Source: Octopus vulgaris
Taxonomy: Eukaryota
Direction: 5' to 3'
DNA: 64,000 nt
Assembly (NCBI GenBank): GCA_951406725.2
Contig: OX597819.1
Location: 32,922,001-32,986,000, forward strand
Shown: one piece after another, positions 52,230 through 64,000 of the stretch
Layout: every line of letters starts with the position of its first letter
Position numbering within the stretch: position 1 is the first letter of the stretch
The notes under the pieces: model-generated
Database searches by the model: none
What the model saw: only the letters and a program-made list of their open reading frames with translations
Told to the model about the DNA's origin: nothing
Made by a program: the position numbers and the translations under genes

Positions 52230-53272
52230 ATAATCCTCTCTACTAAAGGCACAAGGCCCGAAATTTTGTGCGAAAAGGACTAGTCGTTTACAACGATCCA
52301 GTGTTTCACTAATACTTAATTTATCGAGCCCGAAAGGATGAAAGACAAAGTCGACCGCGGTGGAATTTGAACTCAGACCGTAGCAATGGGCGAAATAAAG
52401 TTAAGCATTTCGTCCAGCGTGCTAACAATTCTGCCAGGCCACCGCCTTTAAAAACGAAGAAAAGAAGAAAAGAAAGAAGATATAATAATCCTTTCTACCA
52501 AAGGCACAAGGTCTGTAATTTTGGGTGAAGCAGCTAGACGATTACATCGACCCCAGTGTTTCACTGGTATTTCATTATCGATTCCGAGAGGATGACAGGC
52601 AAAGTCAATTCCACCGGGATTTGAAGTTGGAATGTAAGAACGGACAAAATACTGCTAAGCATTATTACCCGACGTTCTAACTATTCTTTTCTACTCTATG
52701 CACAAAGTCCTAAATTTGGTGGGTGGATGGGTGGGCCATACGATTAGATCGATCCCAGTACGCAACTGGTACTTAATTTATCGACCCCGAAAGGATGAAA
52801 GGCAAAGTCGACCTCGGAGGAATTTGAACTCAGAACGTAGCGGCAGACGAAATACCTATTTCTTTACTACCCACAAGGGGCTAAACACAGAGAGGACAAA
52901 CAAGGACAGGCAAACGGATTAAGTCGATTATATCGATCCCAGTACGCAACTGCTACTTAATTTATCACCCCGAAAGGATGAAAGGCAAAGTCGACCTCGG
53001 CGGAATTTGAACTCAGAACGTAGCGGCAGACGAAATACCTATTTCTTTACTACCCACAAGGGGCTAAATACAGAGAGAACAAACAAGGACAGACAAACGG
53101 ATTAAGTCGGTTACATCGACCCCAGTGCATAACTGGTACTTTATTTATCGACCCCGAAAGGATGAAAGGCAAAGTCGACCTCGGTGGAATTTGAACTCAG
53201 AACGTAACGGTAGACGAAATACCGCTAAGCATTTTGCCCGGCATGCTTAATGTTTCTGCCAGCTCGCCGCCC
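52230..53272 (-). mobile_element. Cluster and tandem array of Nin-core SINEs
   Basis: Five cores, with GACGAAATACC|TATTTCTTT junctions at 52856/52857 and 53039/53040. Confidence 0.9.
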
Positions 53273-53477
53273 TAGAAGGTAGAGATATAATAATGTAAAA
53301 TCTATGCAGTTAACTAAACCTTCAGAAGTATCACCGAGAATTAACTCATCAGGAGTTAGGGCTCATACTTGTTTTTGCTGCTCTAATTTCGTAACTGAAG
53401 GAAAAGCATCAACGACGTCATGGAATATGTAATGTTGCCCGCCATAAACTGTGGTCGGGAGATAAATGCTTTATATT

Positions 53478-53718
53478 TATTTCTTTACTACCCACAAGGG
53501 GGCTAAACATAGAGGGGACAAACAAGGACAGACAAACGGATTAAGTCGATTACATCGACCCCAGTGCGTAACTGGTACTTAATTTATCGACCCCGAAAGG
53601 ATGAAAGGTAAAGTCGACCTCGGCGGAATTTGAACTCAGAACGTAACGGCAGACGAAATACGGCTACGCATTTCGCCCGGCGGGCTAACGTTTCTGCCAG
53701 CTCACCGCCTTAACATAT
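53478..53718 (-). mobile_element. Young solitary Nin-core SINE
   Basis: 16-bp TSD ataaatgctttatatt (53462-53477 and 53719-53734). Confidence 0.92.
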
Positions 53719-54399
53719 ATAAATGCTTTATATTGATTTTAAAATTTGATCACCACACAATAACTATCATCATTCCAAATGGCAGGCATGCGATTTTCAA
53801 TCTGTCTTTAATTCATATTTTCTTTATCTATATATTTTATTGTATATTGATATAATTGCCATTATATGAGATAATATGAATTAATCTAAACTGTCTTATA
53901 TGTTTTTCTTTTACTTGGTTCAGTCATTCGATTGCGGTTATGGTGGTGCACAAAAAATAGTAATGGTTTCAATTTCAGGGAAGAATAATTTTTGTAATGT
54001 GTTAACAAGATTCAATAGAGTTAGTCGACATAAAGAGACAAGGTCTAACCTCTTTTTCTGCCTTGGTCAACAGAATTTAGGAATTGGCTTGCTGTGATTG
54101 TGTTTGTTATTTCCACGAATCAATATGGAAACTTTTTCTGATTGTTCCACCTTCCATACTTGGCAATCGGTCTCCGTTAAATCACAGAGTGTCCTTATAG
54201 AAAGCGAAAGGACACTTTGTATAATGACACAACTATAACACCTTTGGTAAAAGGGTTGGCTCATCCGGAATAACCTATAAGCAACAGCTTCTACTGTATT
54301 CAGCTCTAATATCTAAAGACTTGGCCGAAACGAAATAACGTTATGATTTACACTAGCAAACTACAAACGTTCTGTAGTCGAGTCATCTCTGTAAATAGG

Positions 54400-54560
54400 A
54401 GCATACGTGGCTCTGTGGTAAGAAGCTTAGTTCTCAACCTCATGGTTCTGGGTTCAGTCCCATTGCATGGCACCTTGGAAAAGTGTTTTCTACTATAGTC
54501 TCGGGACGGCCAATGCTTTGTGAGTGGATTTGATAGACGGAAACTGGTAGAAGCCTATTT
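54400..54560 (+). mobile_element. 5' half of SINE family 3
   Basis: GTGGCTCTGTGGTAAGAAGCTT...GGTTCTGGGTTCAGTCCC...GATTTGATAGACGGAAACTG. Confidence 0.8.
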
Positions 54561-54582
54561 TATACACACACACACACACGCA

Positions 54583-54628
<46 letters not shown>

Positions 54629-54629
54629 C

Positions 54630-54975
54630 ATTTAGAGAAAGATTTTTTCAAGTAGTTAAGATTAAGAAAAAGACTTTCTTAGAAAGTAGAATGGTACTAA
54701 ACTTTAGGAAAGAATTTAACAAATTGTGTGTAGGTTTTAATAAATGCGCAAGCGCTTTCCGTTCTGAAAGTTGTCAAGCACGTGATAAGGCTATCCCTTC
54801 CGCTGTATAAAATAACCATACCACGTGTTTGATAACGTTGAGAACTGAAAGCGATTGCGCATTTATTAAAGACTACACATAATTTGTGAAATTCCTTCCT
54901 AAAGGTTAGTACCATTCAACTCTCTAATAAATTTTTTTCTTAATCTTGACTTTTTGAAAAAAATGTTTCTTTAAA
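54630..54975. repeat. Imperfect foldback element (arms about 155 bp)
   Basis: GAATGGTACTAAACTTTAGGAAAGAATTT..TAATAAATGCGCAAGCGCTTTC pairs with GAAAGCGATTGCGCATTTATTA..AAATTCCTTCCTAAAGGTTAGTACCATTC. Confidence 0.88.
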
Positions 54976-55135
54976 TACAATAACTGTATCAAGTAAATAT
55001 ATATATATATTCAAAATGTGAGTGCGTGTGTCCCGTTGGCGATTTTTTTCCTCCGTCTTCCCTTCGTTCCTGAGCGTCCAATAATACTATACATGTTCCA
55101 CGACCTCGCGTTGTTGTGTTTTCTTGTTTGGATTA

Positions 55136-55239
<104 letters not shown>

Positions 55240-55240
55240 C

Positions 55241-55343
<103 letters not shown>

Positions 55344-55399
55344 CGAGTGAGTGCACAAACGAAAGAAGGGTACTCAACCAATTTATTGAGAGTTACATG

Positions 55400-56072
55400 T
55401 ATGCATCAAAACAGTTTGATTCAAATTTGATGGTACTCTTGAGTTTCAAGCATGATAATAGTCGTCAGCCATTTTGAATTTGAATCACAAAAGTTGATTG
55501 TTATTACCGTTAGGTGGGTTGCGATTGGTCGAGGAAAGTCATGTGGTGTCGTGATTTGGTGTTGGTATATGGGTAACAGTTGGAAAATACCGTATGGTCT
55601 TTCCTGTCCTCCACGTGGTCAATTTCCTGTTCGCTATGCGGTATTTTCCAGCGGCGAGCTGGCAGAAACGTTAGCACGTCGGGCGAAATGCTTAGCGGTA
55701 TTTCTTCTGAGTTACGTTGTGAGTTCAAATTCCGCCGAGGTCGACTTTGCCTTTCATCCTTTCGGGGTCGATAAATTAAGTACCAGTTACGCACTGGGGT
55801 CGATATAATCGACTTAATACCTATGTCTGTCCTTGTTTGTCCCCTCTGTGTTTAGCCCCTTGTGGGTAATTAAGAAATAGGTATTTTCCAGCTAACTGTT
55901 ACCCGTATACCAACATCATACCACGATACCGCATAACCTTCCTCGACCAATCGCAACCCACCTAAAGGTAATAACAATCAACTTTTGTGATTCAAATTCA
56001 AAATGGCTGACCACTAGCATCACGCTTGAAACCCAAGCGTACCAACGAATTTTAATCAAACTGCTTTGCTCC
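55400..56072. mobile_element. Foldback/MITE-like element (arms about 190 bp) with a SINE inserted in the right arm near the loop
   Basis: Arms at about 55405-55595 and 55880-56070 are reverse complements. The reciprocal ORFs 55452.. and 55916.. share [16 protein letters not shown]. Confidence 0.85.
55653..55879 (+). mobile_element. Young Nin-core SINE
   Basis: TSD ggtattttccagc (55640-55652 and 55880-55892). Confidence 0.92.
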
Positions 56073-57369
56073 ATATATATATATATGTATATATATATAT
56101 ACATATATATATATAATATTTTATTTTATTATATATTATATTATATATTATAGATTATATATATGTATCTATATGTATGTGTATGTGTATCTGTGTGTCT
56201 GTATTTGTCCTCCACTACCACTTGACAACCGGTGTTGGTGTGTTTTTTGTTGGAATAAAGGCGGTGGGTGTGATATATTTCAATTACAACACACAGAAAT
56301 CTGTCTGTCTTGCCGTTCTCGGTAAAAGCGTCTGTCAGACGGGACATTGGAGCTCTCACTCCCTTTATTCACTGCGGCTACAATTATTTAACCACCGAAC
56401 TGCCTCTGGGATTATTTCTTACCAACACAAACCCTCAAATCTGTATTTTACGTAAATTAATATGGATGTTCACGTCGAAATAATACAAAAAAATATCATT
56501 AATGTTTGACAGGTTTATTGTTCAACGCAGGGAAAATGGCTTTATTTAACAAATTATGGGATTAGATTGAATGTTTTTCAATAAAGAAGCATACACAGTG
56601 GCATAGTCTGAATCATTTTTACTTTATTATTACAGAAGATTTATGGCGTCAATCTGTAACTCTGTCAACAATACACCAACGTTGTTTTATTCATCATAAT
56701 ATTTTATTGAAATTTCTAAAATATATAACTCACATAAAAATTAATTTCCAATTATGACATACCATAAAAAGTAACCCAACGAAAACGACAATGAGATTCC
56801 AGCTATTCACTGTTGGTCATGTGACATGTCGACTATCTGCTTTTTTTTGTATTTGGTCATGTCATATAACGTGTCTTTATACAGTATATTGTCCAAAACA
56901 CATACATATGCCATCCACATACACTAGCGTAGATACACATACATATACATATGAGCATACGTACAGGCGTATGCACATACACTCATATATATGAATGCAT
57001 ATGTATATATATATACATATATATGCATACACGTATGCAAACACACACTCACTCCGTGCCTTTATCTTGATTCAACGATGAAAGCTCTATGTAATCTCAC
57101 GACTGGTCGATGTACTATAATTAGCAACCAAATCTCCTTCAAATGATACGTCACTGTCTTAAAAACGAAAGCCACGTTGGACAACGTAGTTACAGGGTAG
57201 ACTTTATTTATCTGAATAAAAGAAACGACGGTCACTGCTGGAACTCTTTTGATCGTATGCCTTTTCAATGAAAGTTAGCAACTTCAATATTTCAGAATCC
57301 TTTAAATAATTCCATTTTGAATTTCCTTTTTGCCTTTGCTATTCCCCAATTTCTAAACAAGCATACATT

Positions 57370-57793
57370 GGATCTTTTCGGTTTGAACGGCAGTTTTTTT
57401 CTAGCAGTGTCATATGAAATTGTCACCCATAATTATGACCCTAGTATCGATCTATTGCATTTCAATGTGTTTCAGGGTTAGGGTTATGGTTAGGGGTGGG
57501 GGAAGGGTATCTTTTTTTTCTTCACAAATGTAAATAAACCCAATCTGTTTCTTAAACGTGGGACATATTCATACGGCACAGAATGTTTTTTACCTCAATG
57601 GACGTCAGTGATTGGTTGAAATTGTAGAAATTGAAGAAAAAAAGCAACAAATATCTTACAAACTATAGAATTTTCTCAATAAAGCCAAGAGAAAAATATG
57701 TTTTATAAACACATTCTACCAGTATACGAAATTTAAAATTTTTTAGTTACCTAGAAATTATGTTAAAAACTGCCGTTCAAACCGAAAAGATCC
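57370..57793 (-). mobile_element. Merlin-like MITE copy 5
   Basis: Perfect TSD catacatt. Internal TCAGGGTTAGGGTTATGGTTAGGGG. Confidence 0.93.
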
Positions 57794-58179
57794 CATACAT
57801 TTATATCACACATACACATAAATATCAGACCTGGCCATGAACGATACACGAAAGACAGATAATACTGTAGATGAAGATGCAAACAGAAGCACTCAGAACA
57901 ACTAAATTTATGATTCTTCCAATATGTGTTTTTTTCTTTCCTTTCCTCCCCAAAACATATATGACTGATTTAGTATTCTAAGCCAGTAAAACCATTCATA
58001 AGAGTTTTGCTACCTGATTAGTAGTGAGATGTGTTGAAACAAGTCGTTCGCCTAAATAAGGAGATGACGTTAATACTGCTTGATTTCAAAGGTATAACAA
58101 ACGATGTTGTTTACATTACGTGACTAGCGCGATTTTAGTATAATTTAGCTGCAACAGAACTGAAGAAGTACTGGAGTTT

Positions 58180-58224
<45 letters not shown>

Positions 58225-58402
58225 GTATGCGGGAGCTGGGGTAAATTTCCATAGATATCTACGCACATAATACACTCATATTTACGAATGTATGACTTTA
58301 TATATGTAAATGCGAGCGGTGTTCACTATGATCATTGATTAAAAACATCTTTCCTCCTGTTGTCGGATTAAAAGTTTCGGGCCACCATCTAGTATGAATG
58401 AT

Positions 58403-58491
<89 letters not shown>

Positions 58492-58492
58492 A

Positions 58493-58575
<83 letters not shown>

Positions 58576-59247
58576 TTATCTATCTACGTATGCAATTTTT
58601 TTTAATAATCGGTAAAAGTTTCAGTGTGACTCAAGAGCCGAAAGTTTCGCGCGTTGGCACTTAACAACCTTTAGTAAGTGCATACGCACGAAACCCACGG
58701 CCTTGTAGTCGCCCTGTAGCTTCTGCTGATTTATTAATTAAACACACACACACAAATATATACACTCATATTTTGAGTTCTGATTTTCCTGTTTGCGTCA
58801 CCAAACATATGTACGTATGTATGTCATTTTTCAGTTTTAATTCAAGATTTCTTACCAATAGAGAAAGATCCGATTTCTAACCTTGATCCAAGGCTTCTTC
58901 AGTGAAATTTCAACAATATCAACAGGGTATGTATGTATGTATGTATGTATGTATGTATGTATGTATGTAGACGTACAGATTTGTATGTTTTGTTTTATCT
59001 ATGTATTCTCATGCATATACTTGCATATCTAGACAAGCTCATATACATAAATGATAAACTTCTGGAAAGTTTTACAGATTTTTACAATTCTAGTGGTGGC
59101 TTGAATCTGTTGTCTTCGAATCTGCTACTTATGTATGTATGTATGTATGTATGTATGTATGTATGTATGTATGTATGTATGATAGATCGTTAGCCACTAC
59201 ACACATTTTTTTCTCTCCTTGTTTCTCTCCTTGTTTTTTTCTGTGTC

Positions 59248-59285
59248 TCTTTCTGTAGAAGAGCGTAGGCTCGAAACGTAAAAGA
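59248..59285 (+). ncRNA. Minimal hammerhead-like motif with CUGUAGA core (same module family as 20033)
   Basis: TCTTT CTGTAGA A GAGC-GTAG-GCTC GAAAC GT A AAAGA. Confidence 0.65.
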
Positions 59286-59459
59286 CTTTTTTTCCATTCC
59301 TGAGCGTTATACTAATACATCTGTTTTTGTACACCATCTGTCTTCGTCTTTTGTTTTTTCGTAAACTCTCCCTATAAATGTATGTAATGTATGTATATAC
59401 ATATATGTGCGTATGTATGTATGTATGTATGTATGTATGTATGTATGTATGTATGTATG

Positions 59460-59490
<31 letters not shown>

Positions 59491-59819
59491 TGTATGTATG
59501 TATTATGTATGTATGTATGTGTATATGTTTGCATGTATGTTCAATGGTGAAGAAGATGCTTTAAGATTTTACACATCTGATTTAACACGAACATCTGGAT
59601 GTTAGAGTCGCGTTTAGTGTTGCTTCTGCGGTCCGTCTGTGAACTTAGCCGAGTTCACAATGTTCAAGACTTTGGACCAACCTCTTTCCACATCCGAATT
59701 TTCCACTAAGGCACTAATTTTGCAAATATCTAATCTCAACCTAGACCACTTATATCATGTCTGCTAAAGAGGTCTTACCAGTGCTTATGGAAACCGGCTT
59801 TTCTCTTTTAAATAACTTA

Positions 59820-60157
59820 TCTTTTAGTTGCTTCAGTGATTAGAGTGCGGCCATATTGGTGCACTGCCTTGAAGAATATATAATCGAAGGAATCGACCCA
59901 AATACTCTGTTTTAAAACCTGCCACATATTTTTTTGCCGAGCAGTTAAGCTACGAGAATGTAAACTCACCAACACCGGTTGTCAAGCATAGACACAAAGC
60001 ACACACACACACACACACAAAAACACAACGGGCTTCTTTCAGTTTCTGCTTGTCAACTCCACTCGCGAGGTTTTGGTCGGCCCGAGGCTATAGTAGAAGA
60101 GAGTTGCCCAAGTTGCCACGCAATGAGACTGAACCCAGAGTCATTTGGTTGGGAAGC
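59820..60157 (-). mobile_element. Older SINE family 3 copy
   Basis: Colinear with 50160..50585 but more diverged. Confidence 0.75.
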
Positions 60158-60434
60158 AACCAAACGTCTTGAAAATACATTTTATATGTCGCTGTTCTAA
60201 GTGCTAAACGTCGTCTTGATTGCCTTTGTTCTTCATTTGTCGTTGTCTATAAACTTATAACAATTTTTGAGCCAAAAATATCTGATGTTCTTGAGAAATG
60301 GTGTTGGACGTTTGACTTTCTGTGCAATTAAGCTATTTACGCTACGGTGAAGCATGAATATGTTTTCTGTTTTTTGTAGCTGTTACACAGAGTACTATGA
60401 TAGATGGAACATGAGTAACTAAGTTATTTAAAAA

Positions 60435-60602
60435 CTTTACTCTTTACTCTTTAGTCGAGAAAATCGACCCCAGGATTTAATCTTTGTTAGCCTAGTACTT
60501 ATTCTATAGGCCTCTTTTGCCGAACCGCTAAGTTACGGGGACGTAAACACACCAGCATCGGCTGTCAAGCAATGTTGCGGGGACAAATATAGACACATAA
60601 AT

Positions 60603-60651
<49 letters not shown>

Positions 60652-60820
60652 GATACGACGGGCTTCTTTCAGTTTCCGTCTGTCAAATCCACTCACAAGG
60701 CTTTGGTCGGGCCGAGGCTATAGTTGAAGACATTTGTCCAAGGTGTTACGCAGTGGGACTGAACCCAGAACCATGTGGTTGGTAAGCAAGCTACTTACCA
60801 CACAGACACTCCTGCGCCTT
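60435..60820 (-). mobile_element. SINE family 3 copy
   Basis: Minus-strand head AGGCGCAGGAGTGTCTGTGTGGTAAGTAGCTTGC with an internal (TA)n. Confidence 0.85.
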
Positions 60821-60836
60821 ATATATATATATATAT

Positions 60837-60948
60837 TGGCCTGCTCGCTTAGCCGGCGGGGTGGCGTCATTCGAAGGCTAAAACAGTGCGAACGCATTGT
60901 GACCAGCGATGTGTAGCAACATCTGATAGTCTGGTCGGTCACGTGATA
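60837..60948 (+). mobile_element. 3' fragment of SINE family 2
   Basis: Matches about 41047-41160. Confidence 0.8.
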
Positions 60949-61842
60949 TATATATATATAAAACTGTGATCAGAAACTTTTCAGTCGTGATCATCCTATC
61001 TATTCTACCCAGGCACGGTGCACAACATTGGTCGCATATGGGACAGATTCAACTGCTGTTTCTAGCAGACCTATCTACGACATAGAAGAAACTCATTCTT
61101 CACGCAGTCATATTATAAATTGAGTTACCGTTACTTTGCTATTTGGGAAACAAATAGATTTATTACCAGACTACATACTTTACAGAATTTAGTTCGGTGC
61201 CATACTGCTAAGCAATTCCAATTTTGAAGCCTAGTCACGTGCAGTATTAGTACTTTTGCTGTTTTTTTTTTTGTTGTTGTTGCCTTCGTTTTTGTTGTTG
61301 TTGTTGTTTAGCAACAGATCAGCCCTGGTTCTTCAGTCCTATGATGAAAGTAATTCCTACAAAAGCCATATCGTCTCTTTCGTTTTTCACAGGCCTAATG
61401 TATCTGGGAATACATCATACAATGCATCATACAATGCATCTTGCCCTTTTTTTAAGCTAACACAGTGTGACTTCTTTTTCCAGCAGTTCGACTGACGACT
61501 GCGTAACAGGCGGTTCTGTCGGTCGAGTTCGGAATGCACTGAAGAATACAATGTATTGTCTGAAGTGATTCCAATATCTTCATGCTTCAAGAAGATGATA
61601 GTTTATGGTCTGAAGCTGTAAATTAATCAACTGTGGTTCCAATACGTACATATCAACTTTGTGAACTGTTCTTTTCTTTCATTGAAATTTAGTCTATCCA
61701 TCTGGAAGTGTATAGAACTGGAAACAAAGCCAGACAGCAAACTACTTATTTGTGTCAATGATACGTTGTCGCTATTTCTAGCTGCTAACATTTCTTCTGT
61801 TGCTTGCGAATAACTAATTATGCTAGTGTTTCATGCGCTCCT

Positions 61843-62475
<633 letters not shown>

Positions 62476-63017
62476 TGTGTTTCAGTTGTTCCTGGTTATC
62501 GAAGGTGCATTGATTAATATCGATTATAATGTGCGTCTCTGTCTCCCCGAGTCACGGTTTTATTTTTATTTTTATTATCATTATGTAGTTTTATCATCTT
62601 CCATTCCTTTTCTATAATTTAAAGTTTTCTATCAATTTACCGACGTCTAGAATCAAACAACAACAATCCAACGCTGTCACATGCACCAAATACTAAAGGA
62701 AATGTGGAAACACAGACGTCTATTTACTATTTAGGTTTCTGTAAGTCATTCTTTTCACAAATGAAGGCACTCTTGTTTGTGTATGTGTGTGTGTGCGTAT
62801 GTTCTGTGGTTACACACACGCACACACACACGTACATACGTACACACACGTGCATACGTACACACTCAAACACATGCACACGCACACGCTACAAACACAC
62901 GGATAAATATATGTATACACATACACGCACACAAAATATACACATACACACGCACATAGGCGTGGGCATGTGGTAAAAAGCTAGCTTCCCAACTACGTGG
63001 CACTTTCAGCTTCTTTG

Positions 63018-63064
<47 letters not shown>

Positions 63065-63068
<4 letters not shown>

Positions 63069-63345
63069 GGGTTGGACAAATTAATGGAAACACCTAGCAT
63101 CATAGCATCATAATTTTGAAATATCTATAAAACCATCAAAAGCTTGTTTATTTTTATGTTTTTTTGATTTATTATTTGTGTCGCTTTATATGTTTTGCTA
63201 AAATTATTGTTTCTTTTCAGATATCATCTGAAAAACGCAAATTGTTGGTGCTCGTATGGCAGGCGCTAGCGTAACGAAAATAGCCGAAATGTTTGGTGTA
63301 TCAAGAAGTACTATCTCGAAAGTAATGACAGCCTTTGAGAAAGAG
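63065..63345 (+). mobile_element. 5' fragment of a Tc1-like transposon
   Basis: TIR-like AGGGGTTGGACAAATTAATGGAAACACC after (TA)n. Encodes QIVGARMAGASVTKIAEMFGVSRSTISKVMTAFEK (paired-like HTH). Confidence 0.75.
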
Positions 63346-63412
63346 GCCAAGAGTAATAAGGACACTATTGTTTTGCTATGCATGCTAAAATTATCACCAT
63401 ATTTGTTCCATT

Positions 63413-64000
63413 TTAGATGAAGAGTGCTTTCCCTAGTATATGTGTTGTACCCATCAAGGTTATCTTTTGTAGTTCACGAAGATTGAAGTTACCAGGGAGT
63501 TGCTTAATATACTTCTCAGCTCCCTTCTTCATCGTTTCCAACGTCTTAATCACTACTGTTATTATCGTAGTACTAACCTTACACGTTTTTGTGATTTCAA
63601 TTTGCAGATCTTTATAATGAGAAAGCTTTCTGTATTCTTTTCTTGAGATATTTTGATCTTGTGGGACTGACATATCAATTAACAGACAAGTTCTTCTGTC
63701 GTAGTTCTTGATCACAATGTCTGGTCGATTGGAGTCAATTATTTTGTCTGTTTGTATCCAAAGGATGGTGACGCCATCACCATTTACTACACCCTCTGGA
63801 TGGTGCCTGTACCACTTATGAGATTTAATTATGTAGTATTTACAAACATTCCAGTGGATGTACTGCCGTAGTCTGTCATATCTTATGAGGTACTCCTTTT
63901 CCGCGAGGATTGGGCAGTCAGAAACAACATGGTCAATTGTCTTTGTGAATTTTCCGCAAATTCCCCACGAGGGAGCAGACGCATCTTTAAGGATGTTTAC
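63413..64000 (-). pseudogene. C-terminal CCHC zinc knuckle and restriction-like endonuclease of an R4/Dong-like retrotransposon (runs off window end)
   Basis: Minus strand: GICGKFTKTIDHVVSDCPILAEKEYLIRYD, then NRPDIVIK..CLLIDMSVPQDQNISRKEYRKLSHYKDL..ELQKITLMGTTHIL (PD..D RLE motif). Confidence 0.88.

Overview
AT-rich, microsatellite-dense eukaryotic DNA. I found no host gene exon, rRNA, true tRNA gene or CRISPR array. The repeat content (tRNA-headed SINEs with a Nin-type core, very abundant (TA)n/(CATA)n/(ATT)n) suggests a coleoid cephalopod such as Octopus; this is recognition-based inference, not a database result. Most ORFs in the track are microsatellite translations. The real coding remnants are all dead transposon fragments: RTE, Tx1-like, R4/Dong-like (RLE) and Penelope-like retroelements, mariner/Tc1/maT transposases and a Helitron PIF1 helicase end. 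The most interesting signals are non-coding. (1) Seven minimal type I hammerhead-ribozyme-like motifs sit in small microsatellite-embedded modules from several families. Two copies belong to a composite element joining a back-to-back tRNA-like palindrome to a hammerhead, and one sits at the apex of a long hairpin. (2) A GG-ended MITE family with 8-bp TSDs (Merlin-like) carries variable internal (TTAGGG)n telomeric repeats. (3) A SINE whose 3' tail matches the 3' UTR of a Tx1-like LINE in this window forms 184-bp tandem arrays through a fixed junction. (4) Several long foldback hairpins are present. All coordinates were read by eye and may be off by a few bases.
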